Made by a program: the position numbers and the translations under genes. A model generated the notes under the pieces. The model ran no database searches and was not told the DNA's origin. It was given only the letters and a program-made list of their open reading frames with translations. A stretch of DNA of 64,000 nucleotides from an uncultured Pseudohongiella sp. (GTDB lineage Bacteria > Pseudomonadota > Gammaproteobacteria > Pseudomonadales > Pseudohongiellaceae), in contig CACAEJ010000005.1 of assembly GCA_902531515.1 (NCBI GenBank), forward strand, positions 7,017-71,016, read 5' to 3'. Positions 30,067 to 38,945 of this stretch are shown here, in pieces (the first letter of the stretch is position 1; every line of letters begins with the position of its first letter).

Positions 30067-30834
30067 CTAACTTGCCTCACTGTTGCAATATTTTTGAGCC
30101 GCCATCAAATCCAATTTACCCTCGTAGATCGCTCTACCCGTGATTGCGCCGACTATGTTTGCGCCAACCTCTTTTTTTGTTGCCGCCTTTAAATCGACAA
30201 TATCAGCGAGCTTTGCGATTCCTCCCGACGCAATAATTGGGATAGGGCTCTGCTTGGCAAGCTCGACAGTAGCCTCAATGTTGCAACCCTGCATCATGCC
30301 ATCTCGAGCAATATCTGTGTATACAATAGCCTGTACTCCAAATTCTGAAAACTTGTTAGCAATTTCAATAGGAGAGATTTCTGAAACCTCGGCCCAGCCT
30401 TCTGTCGCGACTTTACCATTGATAGCATCAAGTCCTACTATGACTTTGCCCGGATACATCTGACATGCCTCAGCAACAAAATCTGGATCCTTTAATGCTG
30501 CAGTCCCAATGATCACAAAGCGCGCACCAACACCGATGTAAAACTCAATACTTTCTAGGTTTCTTATTCCACCACCAATTTGTACTTGTAAACCGGGAAA
30601 ACTCTTTACTATAGAGGCAACTATCTCAGAGTTAACTAAACTGCCGGTAAAAGCACCGTTCAAATCTACAACATGCAACCTTTGGGCTCCCTGCTCAGCC
30701 CAATGACCAGCCATATCCACAGGACTTTCAGAGAAAACTGTGCTTTCATTCATTTTCCCCTGCCGCAGTCTGACACACTGTCCATCTTTCAGATCAATCG
30801 CTGGAATCACTAACACTATTGACTTCCATCCCAT
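30067..30834 (-). CDS. hisA: 1-(5-phosphoribosyl)-5-[(5-phosphoribosylamino)methylideneamino]imidazole-4-carboxamide isomerase
   Basis: [30 protein letters not shown] and ASGG. The start at ATG 30834 overlaps the hisH end. Confidence 0.93.
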   Translation of the reverse strand: MGWKSIVLVIPAIDLKDGQCVRLRQGKMNESTVFSESPVDMAGHWAEQGAQRLHVVDLNGAFTGSLVNSEIVASIVKSFPGLQVQIGGGIRNLESIEFYIGVGARFVIIGTAALKDPDFVAEACQMYPGKVIVGLDAINGKVATEGWAEVSEISPIEIANKFSEFGVQAIVYTDIARDGMMQGCNIEATVELAKQSPIPIIASGGIAKLADIVDLKAATKKEVGANIVGAITGRAIYEGKLDLMAAQKYCNSEAS

Positions 30835-31472
30835 GTTAAAAAATTTCGTAGCAAAGTTTGCCCCATTTCCTGTGATTTTTCGGGGTGAAACTGAACAGCA
30901 AAAATGTTTTCTTCGGATAAACAAGCCACAAGATCAAGACTATAATTTGTGACCCCAGCAACTTGGTCCAAATCTTCAGCTTCAACATAATAACTGTGAA
31001 CAAAATAAAACCTGCTGTCATCTGGAATATTTTGCCAAAGCGGATGACTTTTAGTTTGCCTTACCTGGTTCCACCCCATATGTGGGACTTTTAATACCTT
31101 GCCGTGAGGATCTAATAATGGATCTCCAAAGTGTTTGACCCTCCCTTTAATTAACCCCAAACATTTCACCCCATCATTCTCTTCACTCTGGAGCATCAAG
31201 GCCTGCATCCCAACACATATAGCCAACACAGGCTTTTCGCTTATAGCCTGTTTAATTATTCGATCTATCCTGAGTCGCCTAATCTCCGCCATACAATCCC
31301 TGATGGCTCCTACTCCAGGGAAAATTACCCTGTCAGATTGCGATATGTGCTGAGCATCTGATGTAATAACAACCTCAGTTCTCTCACCGAGCTTTGCTCC
31401 TGTATACTCAATCGCCTTGGCGACCGAATGTAGATTACCCATGCCATAATCTATAACTGCTACTTTATTCAT
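30816..31472 (-). CDS. hisH: imidazole glycerol phosphate synthase glutaminase subunit
   Basis: [28 protein letters not shown] and QFHPEKS. Confidence 0.95.
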   Translation of the reverse strand: MNKVAVIDYGMGNLHSVAKAIEYTGAKLGERTEVVITSDAQHISQSDRVIFPGVGAIRDCMAEIRRLRIDRIIKQAISEKPVLAICVGMQALMLQSEENDGVKCLGLIKGRVKHFGDPLLDPHGKVLKVPHMGWNQVRQTKSHPLWQNIPDDSRFYFVHSYYVEAEDLDQVAGVTNYSLDLVACLSEENIFAVQFHPEKSQEMGQTLLRNFLTWDGSQ

Positions 31473-31570
31473 CAGAAGCCTTGTTCTTTTAAATGATCTT
31501 TGTCTTTACGGATGGAAAAATTGGTGGTCGCTATCTCGCAAAATTACACCTGTTATATGACCTTTCAAAT

Positions 31571-32179
31571 TTATAAACTACCCTTCGTAGAAGGCACTAC
31601 ATTTTTGGCTCGAGGGTCAAATTCAACAGCCATCCTCAGTGCCCTTCCAAATGCTTTAAAAATTGTCTCAATCTGATGGTGAGCATTCTTCCCTCGAATA
31701 TTATCGATATGCAAAGTAACTAGTGCATGGTTCACAAAGCCCTGGAAAAATTCATGAAACAAATCAATATCAAAATCACCCACAGTGCCTTTCGCAAAAT
31801 CCACGTTATATTCTAGACCTGGTCTTCCGGAGCAATCTATTACCACTCGAGAAAGCGCCTCGTCGAGAGGAACATAAGCATGCCCATATCGGCGAATACC
31901 AGTTTTATCCAAAGCACGAGTAAATGCTTGTCCCAGCGTTATCCCGATGTCCTCAACCGTGTGATGAGCATCTATTTCTAGATCACCCTCGGCTCTAATA
32001 GTAATATCAACCAAACCATGCCTGGCGATTTGATCAAGCATATGGTCAAGAAAAGGTAGCGCAGTTTGAGAATCAAGTTTGCCCGTCCCATCAAGGTTTA
32101 GGGAAATCTCTATTTGCGTCTCTTTTGTATTGCGCTCAACGCTAGCCGAACGTGCCTTAACTGATGAATCTTCTGTCAT
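31571..32179 (-). CDS. hisB: imidazoleglycerol-phosphate dehydratase (monofunctional)
   Basis: [31 protein letters not shown] and GKNAHHQIE. Confidence 0.95.
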   Translation of the reverse strand: MTEDSSVKARSASVERNTKETQIEISLNLDGTGKLDSQTALPFLDHMLDQIARHGLVDITIRAEGDLEIDAHHTVEDIGITLGQAFTRALDKTGIRRYGHAYVPLDEALSRVVIDCSGRPGLEYNVDFAKGTVGDFDIDLFHEFFQGFVNHALVTLHIDNIRGKNAHHQIETIFKAFGRALRMAVEFDPRAKNVVPSTKGSL

Positions 32180-32329
32180 AAAAAATCCCGGTCTCAGAAA
32201 GACTTCATTATAATGCTGGCGTAAGATAAGTAAAAGCTATAGAAACCCTTAAAACCGATCCAGACTAACTATAAGCGGTGCACAGACAAATCTGTTCCTG
32301 TAAACTATTGTTTAATCTGAAATGGATTA

Positions 32330-34351
32330 ATGCCCTTGTCAAAAAATAGAAGATTGATAACTGGCACTGCCGTGCTTGTTGCGCTAACTCTTGTGGTGGT
32401 TCTGCTTATCAGAGTAGCCGCTAGTGAAACAAAGAGCCTTGTCAGTGAAGTAGTTCTAACTGCTACTGGCTATGAATTACTCATAGCCGGAAATATCGAT
32501 GTTAAATTTTTACCTCATTTTGAATTAGTTTTAAATGATGTTCGTTTAAGGAATCAAAACTACTCGCAAGAACTCGCGTCCTCACCTAGGGTGACACTCA
32601 GGATGCCAGTCTCATCAATCTTAAAGGATGAAATAAATGTGCTGGAAGTAAATGCTCAAGACCTACACATGAATATACTCGTTAACGCGGATGGCAGAAG
32701 TATTTGGCAACAAAATCTTTCTGAAGAACCAAATCAAAAAACAGAGGACGCGATAGATAGTAGAGCCAATTATAATTCAGTCTCTGTTGAAAAAATTAGG
32801 ATTTCAAATGGAAGCATCGATATTCAGAATGCTAGTCAAGGCTACCGTTACAATCTTAATAATTTAAACATTGAAAGCGATAATACTAATCTACAAGGAT
32901 TTCCTGTCGAACTAGTTTCTACTTTCAGCTTTTTGGACAACAGAATGACTGATCCACTGCCAATCAGTTTACAGAGCAGAATTACATTAGATGTCAAGTC
33001 CGGGGAGGCAATGATTAGCGATATTAATCTTTTGATCTCGCCCATGGTTGTCACAGGATCTATCGACATATCTAATCTTAATGACAGCCTTACTTATTTC
33101 GGAGAGTTGAAGTCAAACAATTTCGACATTATCGCGCTAATGCGGACTATGGGTTATATCAAGTATGAGGCTGAATTTTCTGGGGCAATCGAGCCGACCG
33201 AAGTCTTTAATTTTGACCTTCACTTTGAGGGAGATAGCTCGGAGCTGAGTCTTGAGAGATTTGATGGAATACTTGGAGAGACTGAAGTCGAAGCAAGAGC
33301 AGATATTCGTTTCAGCAATGAATATGGTCCCTATAGCAGTCGATATGAGCTTAGGGCCAGCCGCATTGATTTTTCCCCATTTTTAAGTTTGGCCTCTGAA
33401 AAAGCGGACTCTGATGAATCCTCCTCATCCGGGATATTAACGTCGCAAAGCAGCCCCTTTGACTTACCATTAGATAACATCAAAGGATTAAACTTACTTG
33501 GAAGTATCGCGATAGAATCCATCACTGCAAGTAACTTCACAATCGAAGATGTAAATTTATTTACCAACATAGAAGATGGTGTTCTAGATGTTGAGCTCCA
33601 GCCTACAAATTTATATGGCGGAAGCGCTGAGGGATTATTTAGGATTGATACAAATCAACTAGCGCCTCAGGTAATTGCTCGACTCTCCGTGGAAGAAATC
33701 AACTTGAATGACTTTAGTTCAATTCTCTCCCAAAAAATTCCCATAGAAGGTCGACTCGACCTTGAAGGAGATTTCAAGGCCTTCGGAAATAATTCAGAAG
33801 ACCTAATGAGCACACTCTCGGGAGCGACAACATTTTCAATTTCCGAGAACTCTCTCGACATCAGTCTAGTTAAACAAATTTTTACAGAGATTACCTCTCT
33901 CAGTCCGACTGGTGAATCCATTCAGCAATGGCCCGATGTTATCCGATTTAACCAACTAGAAGGTTATGCCCAACTCGAAAGTGGGCTTATAGACGACCAG
34001 GGAATCCAACTTCGCTTGGACAACCTCAATATTCGTGGCTCTGGTGGAGTAGACTTAGCCAGAAGCACATTCGACTACGATCTTGAGTTTTCTTTCCTTC
34101 CACCCCCTCAAACGCAAACAATTCCAATCAATGAGCTCTATTACGATATCCCGTGGCCTGTGAAATGCAATGCTCGCTTTGATTCCAGAGTTGAGCAATT
34201 CTGCCGGCCAGATTTTTCTAGAGTGCGAGAGATATTTGCACAGTTAGGTGCAAATACTGTGAGACAACGGATAGAAGAAGAAATCACAGAACAGTTACCA
34301 CAGCTTCTAGAAGAACCCGCCCGCAGGATTTTGCGAAACATCTTAAACTGA
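32330..34351 (+). CDS. asmA: AsmA-family outer membrane assembly protein
   Basis: 673 aa with an N-terminal TM anchor and a long repetitive beta-rich body. It sits upstream of mutY as in Pseudomonas. The family call rests on architecture and synteny. Confidence 0.65.
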   Translation: MPLSKNRRLITGTAVLVALTLVVVLLIRVAASETKSLVSEVVLTATGYELLIAGNIDVKFLPHFELVLNDVRLRNQNYSQELASSPRVTLRMPVSSILKDEINVLEVNAQDLHMNILVNADGRSIWQQNLSEEPNQKTEDAIDSRANYNSVSVEKIRISNGSIDIQNASQGYRYNLNNLNIESDNTNLQGFPVELVSTFSFLDNRMTDPLPISLQSRITLDVKSGEAMISDINLLISPMVVTGSIDISNLNDSLTYFGELKSNNFDIIALMRTMGYIKYEAEFSGAIEPTEVFNFDLHFEGDSSELSLERFDGILGETEVEARADIRFSNEYGPYSSRYELRASRIDFSPFLSLASEKADSDESSSSGILTSQSSPFDLPLDNIKGLNLLGSIAIESITASNFTIEDVNLFTNIEDGVLDVELQPTNLYGGSAEGLFRIDTNQLAPQVIARLSVEEINLNDFSSILSQKIPIEGRLDLEGDFKAFGNNSEDLMSTLSGATTFSISENSLDISLVKQIFTEITSLSPTGESIQQWPDVIRFNQLEGYAQLESGLIDDQGIQLRLDNLNIRGSGGVDLARSTFDYDLEFSFLPPPQTQTIPINELYYDIPWPVKCNARFDSRVEQFCRPDFSRVREIFAQLGANTVRQRIEEEITEQLPQLLEEPARRILRNILN

Positions 34352-34357
34352 ATCTCT

Positions 34358-35419
34358 GTGTCCAATTTTTCCTCCAGCCTGGTTAGATGGTTCAAAACGC
34401 ATGGTCGTCACAATTTACCGTGGCAAAAAAATATAAGTCCTTACCGTGTATGGGTATCCGAAATTATGTTGCAACAAACTCAAGTAAAGACAGTAATCCC
34501 TTATTTTGAGAAGTTTATGAGGCGGTTTCCTAATGTTGATGATTTATCTTCAGCGAGTACGGATCAGGTACTGCACCTGTGGACCGGGATGGGATACTAC
34601 GCTCGCGCCCGCAACTTGCATAAAACAGCAAAAGTTATAGCAAATGAACACGATGGTCTTTTCCCCAAAACCGTTGATGAATTAGTCAAACTCCCTGGTA
34701 TAGGGAGGTCAACCGCTGGAGCAATTTTAGCTCTGAGTATGAACAAGAGAGCACCCATTCTCGATGGTAATGTTAAAAGGGTTTTGACAAGATTCTATTC
34801 TATTGAAGGCTGGCCAGAACAAATAAAAGTAAAGAATCTACTTTGGGACATTGCAGAACAAAACACGCCTCTAAAAAGCTTTTCTCAGTATACCCAAGCA
34901 GTAATGGATCTCGGAGCAACGGTTTGTAAAAGGTCTAACCCACATTGTTTAGAATGTCCCCTCAATTCGGGGTGCAATGCTTATAAATTAAACGAGATAC
35001 AAAATTATCCTGGTAAGAAACCGAAGAAACCAATTCCGGTAAAGAAAGTCTGTATGTATGTCTTAGAAAATGAATTCGGAGAAATCCTTCTAGAGCAGAG
35101 GCCACCCTCAGGTCTTTGGGGGTCGCTCTATTCGTTTCCGGAAGCATTTGAACTGAATGAATTTAGAGAGAATCTAGAAACTGACAAAAACCTAAGATTT
35201 AAATCGGCACACGCTGAAGAGAGTAATCTTGAACCTTTCAGACATAGTTTTTCTCATTTTCAATTAGAAATTCAGCCTAAATTACTAAAGGTTTTAAAAA
35301 ATGAATTTGAGACTAATGATTCTATTCCTCGGGTTTGGTACTCTTTCCAAAATCCCGTCGAACTAGGCTTGGCAGCACCCGTGAAGAAGTTGCTATCTTC
35401 ACTGTCAGCAAGGAAATGA
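34358..35419 (+). CDS. mutY: A/G-specific adenine glycosylase
   Basis: [16 protein letters not shown], Hh[16 protein letters not shown], and Fe-S cluster cysteines [17 protein letters not shown]. Confidence 0.94.
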   Translation: MSNFSSSLVRWFKTHGRHNLPWQKNISPYRVWVSEIMLQQTQVKTVIPYFEKFMRRFPNVDDLSSASTDQVLHLWTGMGYYARARNLHKTAKVIANEHDGLFPKTVDELVKLPGIGRSTAGAILALSMNKRAPILDGNVKRVLTRFYSIEGWPEQIKVKNLLWDIAEQNTPLKSFSQYTQAVMDLGATVCKRSNPHCLECPLNSGCNAYKLNEIQNYPGKKPKKPIPVKKVCMYVLENEFGEILLEQRPPSGLWGSLYSFPEAFELNEFRENLETDKNLRFKSAHAEESNLEPFRHSFSHFQLEIQPKLLKVLKNEFETNDSIPRVWYSFQNPVELGLAAPVKKLLSSLSARK

Positions 35420-35435
35420 GAAGAGAATAGAGCTT

Positions 35436-35708
35436 ATGAGTAGGAAAGTACTCTGCAGAAAATATAAGAAGGAACTCCCTGGCCTCATAGTAGCTCCCTA
35501 CCCAGGCCCGAAGGGACAGGAAATTTACGAGACTGTATCTCAGCAGGCTTGGCAAGAATGGCAAGCGCAGCAAACTATGCTTATTAATGAGAAACAGCTA
35601 AGTCTTATGGATCTAGAATCCCGTAAGTACCTCCAACAGGAAATGGAAAAGTTTCTAGATAATGAACAACACGACAAAGCAGAGGGATATGTTCCTCCCA
35701 AAGAATAA
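35436..35708 (+). CDS. yggX: Fe(2+)-trafficking protein YggX
   Basis: 90 aa with [31 protein letters not shown] and the mutY-yggX pairing. Confidence 0.9.
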   Translation: MSRKVLCRKYKKELPGLIVAPYPGPKGQEIYETVSQQAWQEWQAQQTMLINEKQLSLMDLESRKYLQQEMEKFLDNEQHDKAEGYVPPKE

Positions 35709-35718
35709 CCTACCTAAC

Positions 35719-35747
35719 TTGACTCAAGAGCATTAAAACTATTAAAT
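35719..35747 (+). promoter_or_regulatory. putative sigma70 promoter of tRNA-Phe
   Basis: TTGACT, 17-nt spacer, TTAAAT, then a GC-rich discriminator (CTGCGC). It ends about 20 nt before the tRNA 5' end. Confidence 0.45.
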
Positions 35748-35766
35748 ACTGCGCTTCGTTATCTTA

Positions 35767-35826
<60 letters not shown>

Positions 35827-35842
<16 letters not shown>

Positions 35843-35904
35843 CCTAACCTCCTAAACATTTCTATATCTTTCTAAATCAAACTACAGGCATTACTGATGG
35901 TCAG
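35827..35904 (+). repeat. direct repeat copy 1 (tRNA-Phe 3' end plus downstream flank; att-like)
   Basis: CCGCCCCTGGGCACCACCTAACCTCCT...CTACAGGCATTACTGATGGTCAG recurs at 39104-39181 with only a few mismatches. Confidence 0.85.
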
Positions 35905-35989
35905 TATTTACGTGGTCTGTAGGTATACCTATAGAAGCACTGACTAGCGTCATTAGAAAAGCTGTTGTGATTAGTTTCTTCATATTCAT
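35891..35989 (-). pseudogene. truncated signal-peptide gene fragment (32 codons) ending inside the att-like repeat
   Basis: Reads MNMKKLITTAFLMTLVSASIGIPTDHVNTDHQ*. The start region is identical to the fragment at 37049-37102, and the stop lies within repeat copy 1. Confidence 0.45.
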
Positions 35990-36028
35990 ACCCATAAGAT
36001 ACTATAGATATCGGCTAATGAGGAAGCG
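35976..36028 (-). repeat. conserved intergenic element R, copy 1
   Basis: TTCTTCATATTCATACCCATAAGATACTATAGATATCGGCTAATGAGGAAGCG with near-palindromic core GATACTATAGATATC. Confidence 0.85.
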
Positions 36029-36155
36029 TATGGTTAGTCCCTATTTAATTGGTGCGCGGGCATTGTCCTCCCCAAATTACAATTCTGAATGATCCGTCTG
36101 AATAATTACAGCGATGAGTCTGACCCCGGAGGAAATCCTCTTTGCTGGTAAAGTA

Positions 36156-36482
36156 TCATACCTCGTTCGACTCTGAACTATTGTTTGCTTCACTAGCAAC
36201 TCGCGTTTTTTGAAAATCTTGCCAATATTGCATCTCAGAAGACCAATCACATTCGAGATTCCTATCATTCAGTGCTTTTAGTGCACCATTTTTTGCTCCT
36301 AAGTTAACACTATAATTTATAAAAGCGTCTTCTGGTCTTGAGACGGCTCTACAAATTTCCGGTATATTTGGAGTTACTAAAAATGATTGATAATTACGCT
36401 CTGTTTCGCGCTCTACTACATTTGCTGAGCAAGAGATTAGATATAGTGTCGATAATGCAAAAAGTGGTAGTTCGATTTTCAT
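36156..36482 (-). CDS. small lipoprotein, unknown function
   Basis: MKIELPLFALSTLYLISC carries a lipobox (LISC). GGAGG lies 8 nt upstream of the ATG. 108 aa with no recognisable family. Confidence 0.7.
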   Translation of the reverse strand: MKIELPLFALSTLYLISCSANVVERETERNYQSFLVTPNIPEICRAVSRPEDAFINYSVNLGAKNGALKALNDRNLECDWSSEMQYWQDFQKTRVASEANNSSESNEV

Positions 36483-36508
36483 ACAGGAACTCCTCCAAGA
36501 GAGTCATT

Positions 36509-36547
36509 CCCCAGAAGATACTATAGATATCAGCTAATGAGGAAGCG
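36509..36547 (-). repeat. conserved intergenic element R, copy 2
   Basis: CCCCAGAAGATACTATAGATATCAGCTAATGAGGAAGCG lies immediately upstream (minus sense) of the lipoprotein gene. Confidence 0.85.
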
Positions 36548-36574
36548 CGCACCTAGAGCTGTGTAGTTAGTCAT

Positions 36575-37048
36575 CTACCTAACACCAAAAGAATCGTCAA
36601 GCGGACAATCAATTTCACTAATAGATTCGAGGTATGATCTAAACGAAGGAGTGGCTTGACCGAAGAGCATATACCTCGCTTGGCAACCGCGCAGAGTTAC
36701 TGCGATTCTCAATTCTGCTAATTTCCATACATCTTCTGGCAAGAGGCCAAGTGAATATTGTTGAAAAGCGTTTTGAAGGGATAAGGCCCTGATTCGGTTA
36801 ATTTGGTTAAAAATCGGCAAGTCACTATCGGTCACACCAGATCTTAAGTACTTTGGGTCTGAAAGCTCAATTACTTTTTCATTACCCTCTAATGATGCAA
36901 GAAAGATTGCAGTTAAATTATCGGTTCTCGCCTGAGTTTGAGCACCTAGAGCTATCACTTGGGCCTGACGCAATTGCAGCCCCACAAATACCAAAGAAGC
37001 GATGACTGCTATTACTCCAACAACATTAACTGCTCGCTCGATGTTCAC
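36575..37048 (-). CDS. single-pass membrane protein, paralogue family member P1
   Basis: 157 aa with GTG start. N-terminal TM helix VVGVIAVIASLVFVGLQLRQAQ followed by a soluble domain of about 130 aa. Shares its architecture with the ORFs at 37190 and 38369. Confidence 0.7.
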   Translation of the reverse strand: MNIERAVNVVGVIAVIASLVFVGLQLRQAQVIALGAQTQARTDNLTAIFLASLEGNEKVIELSDPKYLRSGVTDSDLPIFNQINRIRALSLQNAFQQYSLGLLPEDVWKLAELRIAVTLRGCQARYMLFGQATPSFRSYLESISEIDCPLDDSFGVR

Positions 37049-37087
37049 TTAGTATATTCTCCAGCGAAGAATGAAGGACTTGTTTGG

Positions 37088-37139
37088 CTTCTTCATATTC
37101 ATACCCAGAAGATACTATAGATATCGGCTAATAAGGAAG
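37088..37139 (-). repeat. conserved intergenic element R, copy 3
   Basis: CTTCTTCATATTCATACCCAGAAGATACTATAGATATCGGCTAATAAGGAAG matches copy 1 with about 3 mismatches over 51 nt. Confidence 0.85.
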
Positions 37140-37189
37140 GTTGATATCAACTAGGTAGTGATTGGCGTAACTGGTGTGATTTCTTCTAC

Positions 37190-37663
37190 TTAATTTTGCT
37201 CCAAATTCCAAGGTTGGTCTTCAAAGAACGAGATAAAATCTGGAGTCTGCTGTGTCTTGATTTCCGGCCAGGTAGTTTGACGAAAATAGTTGTTATTTAA
37301 TACGTGACCTCCTCCAATACCTACAATTGTGTCTGATGGGAGATACCCAGCAGTCCACGAACGGTATAGCCCTTCCCATGCCTTCACAGTAGCAAATTGT
37401 AAAGCCCATATTCGTATATTTTCAGAACCGGTGAAGTCACCTTCTTCTGCTCCTAGTCCCAGTTCTGAAATTAACTCTGACAATAAATCGTCTGTTGCTA
37501 ATTCGAGAGTTATATCCTTTAAGCTTTCCCCAAATTGTAGGTAGGCTTGGTTACGCGCCAGATTCGTATTTTGATTAATTTCAAATGCAACAAACCCAAG
37601 CGATCCAATAACACCTAGGAAGCCTAAAGCCTGCGGCAAGTGAACTAATTTAATATTCTTCAA
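37190..37663 (-). CDS. single-pass membrane protein, paralogue family member P2
   Basis: 157 aa with TTG start 8 nt after GAGGAG. TM helix ALGFLGVIGSLGFVAFEINQNT followed by a soluble domain. Confidence 0.7.
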   Translation of the reverse strand: MKNIKLVHLPQALGFLGVIGSLGFVAFEINQNTNLARNQAYLQFGESLKDITLELATDDLLSELISELGLGAEEGDFTGSENIRIWALQFATVKAWEGLYRSWTAGYLPSDTIVGIGGGHVLNNNYFRQTTWPEIKTQQTPDFISFFEDQPWNLEQN

Positions 37664-37732
37664 TTTTCAATCTCCTCTTTTTTAAATTCAGAAGCCTTTC
37701 TTCATCTCTTCTTATTGTTGTAGGATGCAAGG

Positions 37733-38257
37733 ATGTCTAATTTATCTTTTCAGTCTCAAGACTGCAAAATTACACTTGCTGAGGGCATAGAAGAGTATCG
37801 AGCCTACTTAAGAGCAAATGGCAAAAAGCAGCTTGTTGATGAACCTGGCTCAACAATTATTAGAGATCACGATGCATGTCATGTTATTTTTGGCCTAGAT
37901 ACCTCTATAGAACAAGAGTCTATGTTAGATTCATGGGTTCTGACAGGCACTAGCTGGAAACTTAAAGAATTATTAGCCTACAACAAACTTCCAGAAGTCA
38001 GACAGCTATTTAAAGATTTGAGGCATGATCCCGGTTACTTTAAATTCGTCTTAATGGTTGTAAAGCTTATTCCTATACAATTTAAGATAAGAAAACGCAC
38101 CAGGCAAATGAGCAAGAAATGGCCTTTTGTGTCACCTGACTTTTTAATGAATCAAAGGGTTTGCGATTTGCGCGAAGAATATGGAATCAAGATACTTGCT
38201 CCAGAAGAACGATTAGTTAAAAAACCATTAATCTGGTCTGGAACTATCGTCAACTAA
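37733..38257 (+). CDS. Coq4-family protein (HDxxH-x11-E motif)
   Basis: 174 aa. The segment HDACHVIFGLDTSIEQE (37868-37918) matches the Coq4 putative zinc motif, recalled as HDLWHTLFGLPTNLIGE in yeast/human COQ4. Confidence 0.6.
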   Translation: MSNLSFQSQDCKITLAEGIEEYRAYLRANGKKQLVDEPGSTIIRDHDACHVIFGLDTSIEQESMLDSWVLTGTSWKLKELLAYNKLPEVRQLFKDLRHDPGYFKFVLMVVKLIPIQFKIRKRTRQMSKKWPFVSPDFLMNQRVCDLREEYGIKILAPEERLVKKPLIWSGTIVN

Positions 38258-38330
38258 AACATTAGTGGGCTTCGTTCCAATTTTCTCCTGTGTTTGCATC
38301 CACTATCAAGGGAATATTCTGTATCTACTA

Positions 38331-38373
38331 CAATTTTTTTGAAATCGTCTTTAATGTATGGAGGATGGCTACT
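38331..38373. repeat. direct repeat flanking P3 (downstream copy)
   Basis: CAATTTTTTTGAAATCGTCTTTAATGTATGGAGGATGGCTACT is about 75% identical by eye to 38904-38945. Confidence 0.6.
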
Positions 38374-38884
38374 CATTTTTAACCCAATATGAATGATTCT
38401 TCGCAAAATCTTCCGAAGAAGTTGTTCTTGCGTTCAGCTTCTCTGTCATCTCTCGATAGAAGTCATCAGCTAATACGATTGATTCGTCATCCCACCATTT
38501 TCTTCTTCCGGGAGATTGGAAAATAACAAGGTAGTATTGTTCCTTTGATTCATAGACCAATGGGTCTAGAGCACCTTGCTTGTGAAGTCTATATGACATC
38601 TCCCAAAACCCAGCCTCTTTAAGGAAAAAAAGTGAAGCTACTGATCTTTCATCCTCTGATAGTGAGACCCAATCCAAATTTGCTTTCCTGACTGTCGCCC
38701 ACAGACTTGGATTTGCGCATAGCTCTTCACATAGTGTTCTTAGATAATTATGCACGGCTATCGTTGATGAGCCTTCTAGTTGTTTGCTGTTATGACTAAT
38801 TTGCCGCGACAAGTAGATCAACGTAACGATTACGCCAATCGCTCCGAGTAATTCTGCAACTGCGCCAAGTGCTTCCCAATTCAT
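38369..38884 (-). CDS. single-pass membrane protein, paralogue family member P3
   Basis: 171 aa with ATG start 9 nt after GGAG. TM helix LLGAIGVIVTLIYLSRQISHNS followed by a soluble domain. Confidence 0.72.
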   Translation of the reverse strand: MNWEALGAVAELLGAIGVIVTLIYLSRQISHNSKQLEGSSTIAVHNYLRTLCEELCANPSLWATVRKANLDWVSLSEDERSVASLFFLKEAGFWEMSYRLHKQGALDPLVYESKEQYYLVIFQSPGRRKWWDDESIVLADDFYREMTEKLNARTTSSEDFAKNHSYWVKNE

Positions 38885-38903
38885 GATTTAACTCCACTTT
38901 TAT

Positions 38904-38945
38904 TAATTTTTTCAAATTCCACTCTAATGTATGGGAGTAGGTACT
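38904..38945. repeat. direct repeat flanking P3 (upstream copy, probable promoter region)
   Basis: TAATTTTTTCAAATTCCACTCTAATGTATGGGAGTAGGTACT. Confidence 0.6.

Noticed and set aside
32180-32329. His-operon leader peptide or attenuator upstream of hisB.
   Set aside because: There is no run of His codons and no terminator/antiterminator pair in the 150-bp upstream region on the minus strand.
35976-37139. Interpreting the repeated R elements as integron attC sites (a CALIN) or as a CRISPR array.
   Set aside because: No paired RYYYAAC/GTTRRRY core sites or extended imperfect hairpin were found around the elements, and there is no intI gene. The spacing of 480-560 bp is filled with coding sequence, so it is not CRISPR-like. 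The elements also lie 5' of genes rather than 3'.
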